Positions 39,701 to 52,700 of a stretch of 64,000 bases of DNA are shown here, piece after piece; position 1 is the first letter of the stretch, and every line of letters begins with the position of its first letter. The DNA lies in assembly GCA_964057225.1 (NCBI GenBank), contig OZ059899.1, positions 1,488,001-1,552,000 of the forward strand, in the 5' to 3' direction. Position numbers and translations under genes: made by a program. This DNA is from Auanema rhodensis (Eukaryota; Animalia; Nematoda). The notes below the pieces were generated by a model that did not search any database, was not told where the DNA came from, and worked only from the letters and a program-made list of their open reading frames with translations.

Positions 39701-41900
39701 CTTTTTTCAAGGCAAAGACGATGGACAATGTTATTCAACGAAAAAATTATTCCTTCAGGGTGAAAATCGAGGATATAAGTGTGAACTTATATCAGTTGAT
39801 ATCTCGGTGCATTTTTAAGCTAGCGCAAATCTGATAACAGAGATCGACGCAGCTCAAAAATCCGCATCGAATGCACTATACTACATTGAGAAACGCTTAA
39901 TACAAAAATTAGTTATGATCGTTTGAAAAATGATGCATTAGTGTATGTTGAGTTTCCATGTACACTCAACAATGCTTCCAAAAACATTTTGACAAAAATT
40001 TTTTCGAAAAATTTCAAAATAATTTAGCAAAAAGTAGATGTTTTTAGATTCCATTTTTCAAGGCAAAGACGATGGACAATGTTATTCAACGAAAAAATCA
40101 TTTCTTCAGGGTGAAAATCGAGGATATATATGTGTGAACTTATATCAGTTGATATCTCGGTGCATTTTTAAGCTAGCGCAAATCTGATAACACAGATCGA
40201 CGCAGCTTAAAAATCCGCATCGAATGCACTATACTACATTGAGAAACGCTTAATACAAAAATTAGTTATGATCGTTTGAAAAATGATGCATTAGTGTATG
40301 TTGAGTTTCCATGTACACTCAACATTGCTTCCAAAAACATTTTGACAAAAATTTTTTCGAAAAATTTCAGAATAATTTAGCAAAAAGTAGATGTTTTTAG
40401 ATTCCTTTTTTCAAGGCAAAGATGATGGACAATGTTATTCAACGAAAAAATTATTTCTTCAGGGTGAAAATCGAGGATATAAGTGTGAACTTATATCAGT
40501 TGATATCTCGGTGCATTTTTAAGCTAGCGCAAATCTGATAACACAGATCGACGCAGCTTAAAAATCCGCATCGAATGCACTATACTACATTGAGAAACGC
40601 ATAATACAAAAATTAGTTATGATCGTTTGAAAAATGATGCATTAGTGTATGTTGAGTTTCCATGTACACTCAACATTGCTTCCAAAAACATTTTGACAAA
40701 AATTTTTTCGAAAAATTTCAAAATAATTTAGCAAAAAGTAGATGTTTTTAGATTCCTTTTTTCAAGGCAAAGACGATGGACAATGTTATTCAACGAAAAA
40801 ATTATTCCTTCAGGGTGAAAATCGAGGATATAAGTGTGAACTTATATCAGTTGATATCTCGGTGCATTTTTAAACTAGCGCAAATCTGATAACAGAGATC
40901 GACGCAGCTTAAAAATCCGCATCGAATGCACTATACTACATTAAGAAACGCTTAATACAAAAATTAGTTATGATCGTTTGAAAAATGATGCATTAGTGTA
41001 TGTTGAGTTTCCATGTACACTCAACAATGCTTCCAAAAACATTTTGACAAAAATTTTTTCGAAAAATTTCAAAATAATTTAGCAAAAAGTAGATGTTTTT
41101 AGATTCCATTTTTCAAGGCAAAGACGATGGACAATGTTATTCAACGAAAAAATTATTTCTTCAGGGTGAAAATCGAGGATATAAGTGTGAACTTATATCA
41201 GTTGATATCTCGGTGCATTTTTAAGCTAGCGCAAATCTGATAACACAGATCGACGCAGCTTAAAAATCCGCATCGAATGCACTATACTACATTGAGAAAC
41301 GCATAATACAAAAATTAGTTATGATCGTTTGAAAAATGATGCATTAGTGTATGTTGAGTTTCCATGTACACTCAACATTGGTTCCAAAAACATTTTGACA
41401 AAAATTTTTTCGAAAAATTTCAAAATAATTTAGCAAAAAGTAGATGTTTTTAGATTCCTTTTTTCAAGGCAAAGACGATGGACAATGTTATTCAACGAAA
41501 AAATTATTCCTTCAGGGTGAAAATCGAGGATATAAGTGTGAACTTATATCAGTTGATATCTCGGTGCATTTTTAAACTAGCGCAAATCTGATAACAGAGA
41601 TCGACGCAGCTTAAAAATCCGCATCGAATGCACTATACTACATTAAGAAACGCTTAATACAAAAATTAGTTATGATCGTTTGAAAAATGATGCATTAGTG
41701 TATGTTGAGTTTCCATGTACACTCAACAATGCTTCCAAAAACATTTTGACAAAAATTTTTTCGAAAAATTTCAAAATAATTTAGCAAAAAGTAGATGTTT
41801 TTAGATTCCATTTTTCAAGGCAAAGACGATGGACAATGTTATTCAACGAAAAAATTATTTCTTCAGGGTGAAAATCGAGGATATAAGTGTGAACTTATAT
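30771..41900. repeat. Subfamily F domain (irregular higher-order units)
   Basis: Markers CGCATAAT, TTATTCCT, AACAGAGA, GCTCAAAA and CAACAATG are interleaved with consensus-like monomers. Confidence 0.8.
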
Positions 41901-43499
41901 CAGTTGATATCTCGGTGCATTTTTAAGCTAGCGCAAATCTGATAACACAGATCGACGCAGCTTAAAAATCCGCATCGAATGCACTATACTACATTGAGAA
42001 ACGCTTAATACAAAAATTAGTTATGATCGTTTGAAAAATGATGCATTAGTGTATGTTGAGTTTCCATGTACACTCAACATTGCTTCCAAAAACATTTTGA
42101 CAAAAATTTTTTCGAAAAATTTCAGAATAATTTAGCAAAAAGTAGATGTTTTTAGATTCCTTTTTTCAAGGCAAAGACGATGGACAATGTTATTCAACGA
42201 AAAAATTATTTCTTCAGGGTGAAAATCGAGGATATAAGTGTGAACTTATATCAGTTGATATCTCGGTGCATTTTTAAGCTAGCGCAAATCTGATAACACA
42301 GATCGACGCAGCTTAAAAATCCGCATCGAATGCACTATACTACATTGAGAAACGCTTAATACAAAAATTAGTTATGATCGTTTGAAAAATGATGCATTAG
42401 TGTATGTTGAGTTTCCATGTACACTCAACATTGCTTCCAAAAACATTTTGACAAAAATTTTTTCGAAAAATTTCAAAATAATTTAGCAAAAAGTAGATGT
42501 TTTTAGATTCCTTTTTTCAAGGCAAAGACGATGGACAATGTTATTCAACGAAAAAATTATTTCTTCAGGGTGAAAATCGAGGATATAAGTGTGAACTTAT
42601 ATCAGTTGATATCTCGGTGCATTTTTAAGCTAGCGCAAATCTGATAACACAGATCGACGCAGCTTAAAAATCCGCATCGAATGCACTATACTACATTGAG
42701 AAACGCTTAATACAAAAATTAGTTATGATCGTTTGAAAAATGATGCATTAGTGTATGTTGAGTTTCCATGTACACTCAACATTGCTTCCAAAAACATTTT
42801 GACAAAAATTTTTTCGAAAAATTTCAAAATAATTTAGCAAAAAGTAGATGTTTTTAGATTCCATTTTTCAAGGCAAAGACGATGGACAATGTTATTCAAC
42901 GAAAAAATTATTTCTTCAGGGTGAAAATCGAGGATATAAGTGTGAACTTATATCAGTTGATATCTCGGTGCATTTTTAAGCTAGCGCAAATCTGATAACA
43001 CAGATCGACGCAGCTTAAAAATCCGCATCGAATGCACTATACTACATTGAGAAACGCTCAATACAAAAATTAGTTATGATCGTTTGAAAAATGATGCATT
43101 AGTGTATGTTGAGTTTCCATGTACACTCAACATTGCTTCCAAAAACATTTTGACAAAAATTTTTTCGAAAAATTTCAAAATAATTTAGCAAAAAGTAGAT
43201 GTTTTTAGATTCCATTTTTCAAGGCAAAGACGATGGACAATGTTATTCAACGAAAAAATTATTTCTTCAGGGTGAAAATCGAGGATATAAGTGTGAACTT
43301 ATATCAGTTGATATCTCGGTGCATTTTTAAGCTAGCGCAAATCTGATAACACAGATCGACGCAGCTTAAAAATCCGCATCGAATGCACTATACTACATTG
43401 AGAAACGCTTAATACAAAAATTAGTTATGATCGTTTGAAGAATGATGCATTAGTGTATGTTGAGTTTCCATGTACACTCAACATTGCTTCCAAAAACAT

Positions 43500-46400
43500 T
43501 TTGACAAAAATTTTTTCGAAACATTTCAAAATAATTTAGCAAAAAGTAGATGTTTTTAGATTCCTTTTTTCAAGGCAAAAACGATGGACAATGTTATTCA
43601 ACGAAAAAATTAATTCTTCAGGGTGAAAATCGGGTATATATGTGTGAACTTATATCAGTTGATATCTCGGTGCATTTTTAAGCTAGCGCAAATCTGATAA
43701 CACAGATCGACGCAGCTTGAAAATCCGCATCGAATGCACTATACTACATTGAGAAACGCTTAATACAAAAATTAGTTATGATCGTTTGAAAAATGATGCA
43801 TTAGTGTATGTTGAGTTTCCATGTACACTCAACATTGTTTCCAAAAACATTTTGACAAAAATTTTTTTGAAAAATTTCAGAATAATTTAGCAAAAAGTAG
43901 CTGTTTTTAGATTCCATTTTTCAAGGCAAAGACGATGGACAATGTTATTCAACGAAAAAATTATTTCTTCAGGGTGAAAATCGAGGATATAAGTGTGAAC
44001 TTATATCAGTTGATATCTCGGTGCATTTTTAAGCTAGCGCAAATCTGATAACACAGATCGACGCAGCTTAAAAATCCGCATCGAATGCACTATACTACAT
44101 TGAGAAACGCTTAATACAAAAATTAGTTATGATCGTTTGAAAAATGATGCATTAGTGTATGTTGAGTTTCCATGTACACTCAACATTGTTTCCAAAAACA
44201 TTTTGACAAAAATTTTTTTGAAAAATTTCAGAATAATTTAGCAAAAAGTAGCTGTTTTTAGATTCCATTTTTCGAGGCAAAGACGATAGACAATGTTATT
44301 CAACAAGAAAATTAATTCTTCAGGGTGAAAATCGAGGATATAAGTGTGAACTTATATCAGTTGATATCTCGGTGCATTTTTAAGCTAGCGCAAATCTGAT
44401 AACACAGATCGACGCAGCTTAAAAATCCGCATCGAATGCACTATACTACATTGAGAAACGCTTAATACAAAAATTAGTTATGATCGTTTGAAAAATGATG
44501 CATTAGTGTATGTTGAGTTTCCATGTACACTCAACATTGCTTCCAAAAACATTTTGACAAAAATTTTTTCGAAAAATTTCAAGATAATTTAGCAAAAAGT
44601 AGATGTTTTTAGATTCCATTTCTCAAGGCAAAGACGATAGACAATGTTATTCAACGAAAAAATTAATTCTTCAGGGTGAAAATCGAGGATATAAGTGTGA
44701 ACTTATATCAGTTGATATCTCGGTGCATTTTTAAGCTAGCGCAAATCTGATAACACAGATCGACGCAGCTTAAAAATCCGCATCGAATGCACTATACTAC
44801 ATTGAGAAACACTTGATACAAAAATTAGTTATGATCGTTTGAAAAATGATGCATTAGTGTATGTTGAGTTTCCATGTACACTCAACATTGCTTCCAAAAA
44901 CATTTTGACAAAAATTTTTTCGAAAAATTTCAAAATAATTTAGCAAAAAGTAGATGTTTTAAGATTCCATTTTTCGAGGCAAAGACGATGGACAATGTTA
45001 TTCAACGAAAAAATTGATTCTTCAGGGTGAAAATCGAGGATATAAGTGTGAACTTATATCAGTTGATATCTCGGTGCATTTTTAAGCTAGCGCAAATCTG
45101 ATAACACAGATCGACGCAGCTTAAAAATCCGCATCGAATGCACTATACTACATTGAGAAACGCTTAATACACAAATTAGTTATGATCGTTTGAAAAATGA
45201 TGCATTAGTGTATGTTGAGTTTCCATGTACACTCAACATTGCTTCCAAAAACATTTTGACAAAAATTTTTTCGAAAAATTTCAAAATAATTTAGCAAAAA
45301 GTAGATGTTTTTAGATTCCTTTTTTCAAGGCAAAGACGATGGACAATGTTATTCAACGAAAAAATTAATTCTTCAGGGTGAAAATCGAGGATATAAGTGT
45401 GAACTTATATCAGTTGATATCTCGGTGCATTTTTAAGCTAGCGCAAATCTGATAACACAGATCGACGCAGCTTAAAAATCCGCATCGAATGCACTATTCC
45501 ACATTGAGAAAGGCTTAATACAAAAATTAGTTATGATCGTTTGAAAAATGATGCATTAGTGTATGTGGAGTTTCCATGTACACTCAACATTGTTTCCAAA
45601 AACATTTTGACAAAAATTTTTTTGAAAAATTTCAGAATAATTTAGCAAAAAGTAGCTGTTTTTAGATTCCATTTTTCGAGGCAAAGACGATAGACAATGT
45701 TATTCAACAAGAAAATTAATTCTTCAGGGTGAAAATCGAGGATATAAGTGTGAACTTATATCAGTTGATATCTCGGTGCATTTTTAAGCTAGCGCAAATC
45801 TGATAACACAGATCGACGCAGCTTAAAAATCCGCATCGAATGCACTATACTACATCGAGAAAGGCTTAATACAAAAATTAGTTATGATCGTTTGAAAAAT
45901 GATGCATTAGTGTATGTTGAGTTTCCATGTACACTCAACATTGCTTCCAAAAACATTTTGACAAAAATTTTTTCGAAAAATTTCAGAATAATTTAGCAAA
46001 AAGTAGATGTTTTTAGATTTCATTTTTTAAGGCAAAGACGATGGACAATGTTATTCAACAAAAAAATTAATTCTTCAGGGTGAAAATCGAGGATATAAGT
46101 GTGAACTTATATCAGTTGATATCTCGGTGCATTTTTAAGCTAGCGCAAATCTGATAACACAGATCGACGCAGCTTAAAAATCCGCATCGAATGCACTATA
46201 CTACATTGAGAAACGCTTAAAACACAAATTAGTTATGATCGTTTGAAAAATGATGCATTAGTGTATGTTGAGTTTCCATGTACACTCAACATTGCTTCCA
46301 AGAACATTTTGACAAAAATTTTTTCGAAAAATTTCAAAATAATTTAGCAAAAAGTAGATGTTTTTAGATTCCATTTTTCAAGGCAAAAACGATGGACAAT

Positions 46401-49200
46401 GTTATTCAACAAGAAAATTAATTCTTCAGGGTGAAAATCGAGGATATAAGTGTGAACTTATATCAGTTGATATCTCGGTGCATTTTTAAGCTAGCGCAAA
46501 TCTGATAACACAGATCGACGCAGCTTAAAAATCCGCATCGAATGCACTATACTACATTGAGAAACGCTTAATACACAAATTAGTTATGATCGTTTGAAAA
46601 ATGATGCATTAGTGTATGTTGAGTTTCCATGTACACTCAACATTGCTTCCAAAAACATTTTGACAAAAATTTTTTCGAAAAATTTCAAAATAATTTAGCA
46701 AAAAGTAGATGTTTTTAGATTCCTTTTTTCAAGGCAAAGACGATGGACAATGTTATTCAACGAAAAAATTAATTCTTCAGGGTGAAAATCGAGGATATAA
46801 GTGTGAACTTATATCAGTTGATATCTCGGTGCATTTTTAAGCTAGCGCAAATCTGATAACACAGATCGACGCAGCTTAAAAATCCGCATCGAATGCACTA
46901 TTCCACATTGAGAAAGGCTTAATACAAAAATTAGTTATGATCGTTTGAAAAATGATGCATTAGTGTATGTGGAGTTTCCATGTACACTCAACATTGTTTC
47001 CAAAAACATTTTGACAAAAATTTTTTTGAAAAATTTCAGAATAATTTAGCAAAAAGTAGCTGTTTTTAGATTCTATTTTTCGAGGCAAAGACGATAGACA
47101 ATGTTATTCAACAAGAAAATTAATTCTTCAGGGTGAAAATCGAGGATATAAGTGTGAACTTATATCAGTTGATATCTCGGTGCATTTTTAAGCTAGCGCA
47201 AATCTGATAACACAGATCGACGCAGCTTAAAAATCCGCATCGAATGCACTATACTACATCGAGAAAGGCTTAATACAAAAATTAGTTATGATCGTTTGAA
47301 AAATGATGCATTAGTGTATGTTGAGTTTCCATGTACACTCAACATTGCTTCCAAGAACATTTTGACAAAAATTTTTTCGAAAAATTTCAAAATAATTTAG
47401 CAAAAAGTAGATGTTTTTAGATTCCATTTTTCAAGGCAAAAACGATGGACAATGTTATTCAACAAGAAAATTAATTCTTCAGGGTGAAAATCGAGGATAT
47501 AAGTGTGAACTTATATCAGTTGATATCTCGGTGCATTTTTAAGCTAGCGCAAATCTGATAACACAGATCGACGCAGCTTAAAAATCCGCATCGAATGCAC
47601 TATACTACATTGAGAAACGCTTAATACACAAATTAGTTATGATCGTTTGAAAAATGATGCATTAGTGTATGTTGAGTTTCCATGTACACTCAACATTGCT
47701 TCCAAAAACATTTTGACAAAAATTTTTTCGAAAAATTTCAAAATAATTTAGCAAAAAGTAGATGTTTTTAGATTCCTTTTTTCAAGGCAAAGACGATGGA
47801 CAATGTTATTCAACGAAAAAATTAATTCTTCAGGGTGAAAATCGAGGATATAAGTGTGAACTTATATCAGTTGATATCTCGGTGCATTTTTAAGCTAGCG
47901 CAAATCTGATAACACAGATCGACGCAGCTTAAAAATCCGCATCGAATGCACTATTCCACATTGAGAAAGGCTTAATACAAAAATTAGTTATGATCGTTTG
48001 AAAAATGATGCATTAGTGTATGTGGAGTTTCCATGTACACTCAACATTGTTTCCAAAAACATTTTGACAAAAATTTTTTTGAAAAATTTCAGAATAATTT
48101 AGCAAAAAGTAGCTGTTTTTAGATTCTATTTTTCGAGGCAAAGACGATAGACAATGTTATTCAACAAGAAAATTAATTCTTCAGGGTGAAAATCGAGGAT
48201 ATAAGTGTGAACTTATATCAGTTGATATCTCGGTGCATTTTTAAGCTAGCGCAAATCTGATAACACAGATCGACGCAGCTTAAAAATCCGCATCGAATGC
48301 ACTATACTACATCGAGAAAGGCTTAATACAAAAATTAGTTATGATCGTTTGAAAAATGATGCATTAGTGTATGTTGAGTTTCCATGTACACTCAACATTG
48401 CTTCCAAAAACATTTTGACAAAAATTTTTTCGAAAAATTTCAGAATAATTTAGCAAAGAGTAGATGTTTTTAGATTTCATTTTTCAAGGCAAAGACGATG
48501 GACAATGTTATTCAACAAAAAAATTAATTCTTCAGGGTGAAAATCGAGGATATAAGTGTGAACTTATATCAGTTGATATCTCGGTGCATTTTTAAGCTAG
48601 CGCAAATCTGATAACACAGATCGACGCAGCTTAAAAATCCGCATCGAATGCACTATACTACATTGAGAAACGCTTAAAACACAAATTAGTTATGATCGTT
48701 TGAAAAATGATGCATTAGTGTATGTTGAGTTTCCATGTACACTCAACATTGCTTCCAAGAACATTTTGACAAAAATTTTTTCGAAAAATTTCAAAATAAT
48801 TTAGCAAAAAGTAGATGTTTTTAGATTCCATTTTTCAAGGCAAAAACGATGGACAATGTTATTCAACGAAAAAATTAATTCTTCAGGGTGAAAATCGGGT
48901 ATATATGTGTGAACTTATATCAGTTGATATCTCGGTGCATTTTTAAGCTAGCGCAAATCTGATAACACAGATCGACGCAGCTTGAAAGTCCGCATCGAAT
49001 GCACTATACTACATTGAGAAACGCTTAATACAAAAATTAGTTATGATCGTTTGAAAAATGATGCATTAGTGTATGTTGAGTTTCCATGTACACTCAACAT
49101 TGTTTCCAAAAACATTTTGACAAAAATTTTTTTGAAAAATTTCAGAATAATTTAGCAAAAAGTAGCTGTTTTTAGATTCCATTTTTCAAGGCAAAGACGA
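43500..49200. repeat. Mixed B/D/E-type domain with a local 4-mer/3-mer
   Basis: D and E markers co-occur. Private CACTATTCCAC/TGTGGAG markers lie at 45567, 46971 and 48024 (spacings 1404 and 1053). Confidence 0.78.
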
Positions 49201-49749
49201 TGGACAATGTTATTCAACGAAAAAATTATTTCTTCAGGGTGAAAATCGAGGATATAAGTGTGAACTTATATCAGTTGATATCTCGGTGCATTTTTAAGCT
49301 AGCGCAAATCTGATAACACAGATCGACGCAGCTTAAAAATCCGCATCGAATGCACTATACTACATTGAGAAACGCTTAATACAAAAATTAGTTATGATCG
49401 TTTGAAAAATGATGCATTAGTGTATGTTGAGTTTCCATGTACACTCAACATTGCTTCCAAAAACATTTTGACAAAAATTTTTTCGAAAAATTTCAAAATA
49501 ATTTAGCAAAAAGTAGATGTTTTTAGATTCCTTTTTTCAAGGCAAAGACGATGGACAATGTTATTCAACGAAAAAATTATTTCTTCAGGGTGAAAATCGA
49601 GGATATAAGTGTGAACTTATATCAGTTGATATCTCGGTGCATTTTTAAGCTAGCGCAAATCTGATAACACAGATCGACGCAGCTTAAAAATCCGCATCGA
49701 ATGCACTATACTACATTGAGAAACGCTTAATACAAAAATTAGTTATGAT

Positions 49750-52700
49750 CCTTTGAAAAATGATGCATTAGTGTATGTTGAGTTTCCATGTACACTCAAC
49801 AATGCTTCCAAAAACATTTTGACAAAAATTTTTTCGAAAAATTTCAAAATAATTTAGCAAAAAGTAGATGTTTTTAGATTCCATTTTTCAAGGCAAAGAC
49901 GATGGACAATGTTATTCAACGAAAAAACTATTCCTTCAGGGTGAAAATCGAGGATATAAGTGTGAACTTATATCAGTTGATATCTCGGTGCATTTTTAAG
50001 CTAGCGCAAATCTAATAACACAGATCGACGCAGCTTAAAAATCCGCATCGAATGCACTAAACTACATTGAGAAACGCTTGATACAAAAATTAGTTATGAT
50101 CCTTTGAAAAATGATGCATTAGTGTATGTTGAGTTTCCATGTACACTCAACAATGCTTCCAAAAACATTTTGACAAAAATTTTTTCGAAAAATTTCAAAA
50201 TAATTTAGCAAAAAGTAGATGTTTTTAGATTCCATTTTTCAAGGCAAAGACGATGGACAATGTTATTCAACGAAAAAATTATTCCTTCAGGGTGAAAATC
50301 GAGGATATAAGTGTGAACTTATATCAGTTGATATCTCGGTGCATTTTTAAGCTAGCGCAAATCTGATAACACAGATCGACGCAGCTTAAAAATCCGCAGC
50401 GAATGCACTATACTACATTGAGAAACGCTCGATACAAAAATTAGTTATGATCGTTTGAAAAATGATGCATTAGTGTATGTTGAGTTTCCATGTACACTCA
50501 ACATTGCTTCCAAAAACATTTTGACAAAAATTTTTTCGAAAAATTTCAGAATAATTTAGCAAAAAGTAGATGTTTTTAGATTCCATTTTTCAAGGCAAAG
50601 ACGATGGACAATGTTATTCAACGAAAAAATTAATTCTTCAGGGTGAAAATCGAGGATATAAGTGTGAACTTATATCAGTTGATATCTCGGTGCATTTTTA
50701 AGCTAGCGCAAATCTAATAACACAGATCGACGCAGCTTAAAAATCCGCATCGAATGCACTAAACTACATTGAGAAACGCTTGATACAAAAATTAGTTATG
50801 ATCCTTTGAAAAATGATGCATTAGTGTATGTTGAGTTTCCATGTACACTCAACAATGCTTCCAAAAACATTTTGACAAAAATTTTTTCGAAAAATTTCAA
50901 AATAATTTAGCAAAAAGTAGATGTTTTTAGATTCCATTTTTCAAGGCAAAGACGATGGACAATGTTATTCAACGAAAAAATTATTCCTTCAGGGTGAAAA
51001 TCGAGGATATAAGTGTGAACTTATATCAGTTGATATCTCGGTGCATTTTTAAGCTAGCGCAAATCTGATAACACAGATCGACGCAGCTTAAAAATCCGCA
51101 GCGAATGCACTATACTACATTGAGAAACGCTCGATACAAAAATTAGTTATGATCGTTTGAAAAATGATGCATTAGTGTATGTTGAGTTTCCATGTACACT
51201 CAACATTGCTTCCAAAAACATTTTGACAAAAATTTTTTCGAAAAATTTCAGAATAATTTAGCAAAAAGTAGATGTTTTTAGATTTCATTTTTCAAGGCAA
51301 AGACGATGGACAATGTTATTCAACGAAAAAATTAATTCTTCAGGGTGAAAATCGAGGATATAAGTGTGAACTTATATCAGTTGATATCTCGGTGCATTTT
51401 TAAGCTAGCGCAAATCTGATAACACAGATCGACGCAGCTTAAAAATCCGCATCGAATGCACTATACTACATTGAGAAACGCTTAATACAAAAATTAGTTA
51501 TGATCCTTTGAAAAATGATGCATTAGTGTATGTTGAGTTTCCATGTACACTCAACAATGCTTCCAAAAACATTTTGACAAAAATTTTTTCGAAAAATTTC
51601 AAAATAATTTAGCAAAAAGTAGATGTTTTTAGATTCCATTTCTCAAGGCAAAGACGATGGACAATGTTATTCAACGAAAAAATTAATTCTTCAGGGTGAA
51701 AATCGAGGATATAAGTGTGAACTTATATCAGTTGATATCTCGGTGCATTTTTAAGCTAGCGCAAATCTAATAACACAGATCGACGCAGCTTAAAAATCCG
51801 CATCGAATGCACTAAACTACATTGAGAAACGCTTGATACAAAAATTAGTTATGATCGTTTGAAAAATGATGCATTAGTGTATGTTGAGTTTCCATGTACA
51901 CTCAACATTGCTTCCAAAAACATTTTGACAAAAATTTTTTCGAAAAATTTCAAAATAATTTAGCAAAAAATAGATGTTTTTAGATTCCATTTTTCAAGGC
52001 AAAGACGATGGACAATGTTATTCAACGAAAAAATTATTCCTTCAGGGTGAAAATCGAGGATATAAGTGTGAACTTATATCAGTTGATATCTCGGTGCATT
52101 TTTAAGCTAGCGCAAATCTGATAACACAGATCGACGCAGCTTGAAAATCCGCATCGAATGCACTAAACTACATTGAGAAACGCTTGATACAAAAATTAGT
52201 TATGATCGTTTGAAAAATGATGCATTAGTGTATGTTGAGTTTCCATGTACACTCAACATTGCTTCCAAAAACATTTTGACAAAAATTTTTTCGAAAAATT
52301 TCAGAATAATTTAGCGAAAAGTAGATGTTTTTAGATTCCATTTTTCAAGGCAAAGACGATGGACAATGTTATTCAACGAAAAAATTAATTCTTCAGGGTG
52401 AAAATCGAGGATATAAGTGTGAACTTATATCAGTTGATATCTCGGTGCATTTTTAAGCTAGCGCAAATCTGATAACACAGATCGACGCAGCTTAAAAATC
52501 CGCATCGAATGCACTATACTACATTGAGAAACGCTTAATACAAAAATTAGTTATGATCCTTTGAAAAATGATGCATTAGTGTATGTTGAGTTTCCATGTA
52601 CACTCAACAATGCTTCCAAAAACATTTTGACAAAAATTTTTTCGAAAAATTTCAAAATAATTTAGCAAAAAGTAGATGTTTTTAGATTCCATTTTCCAAG

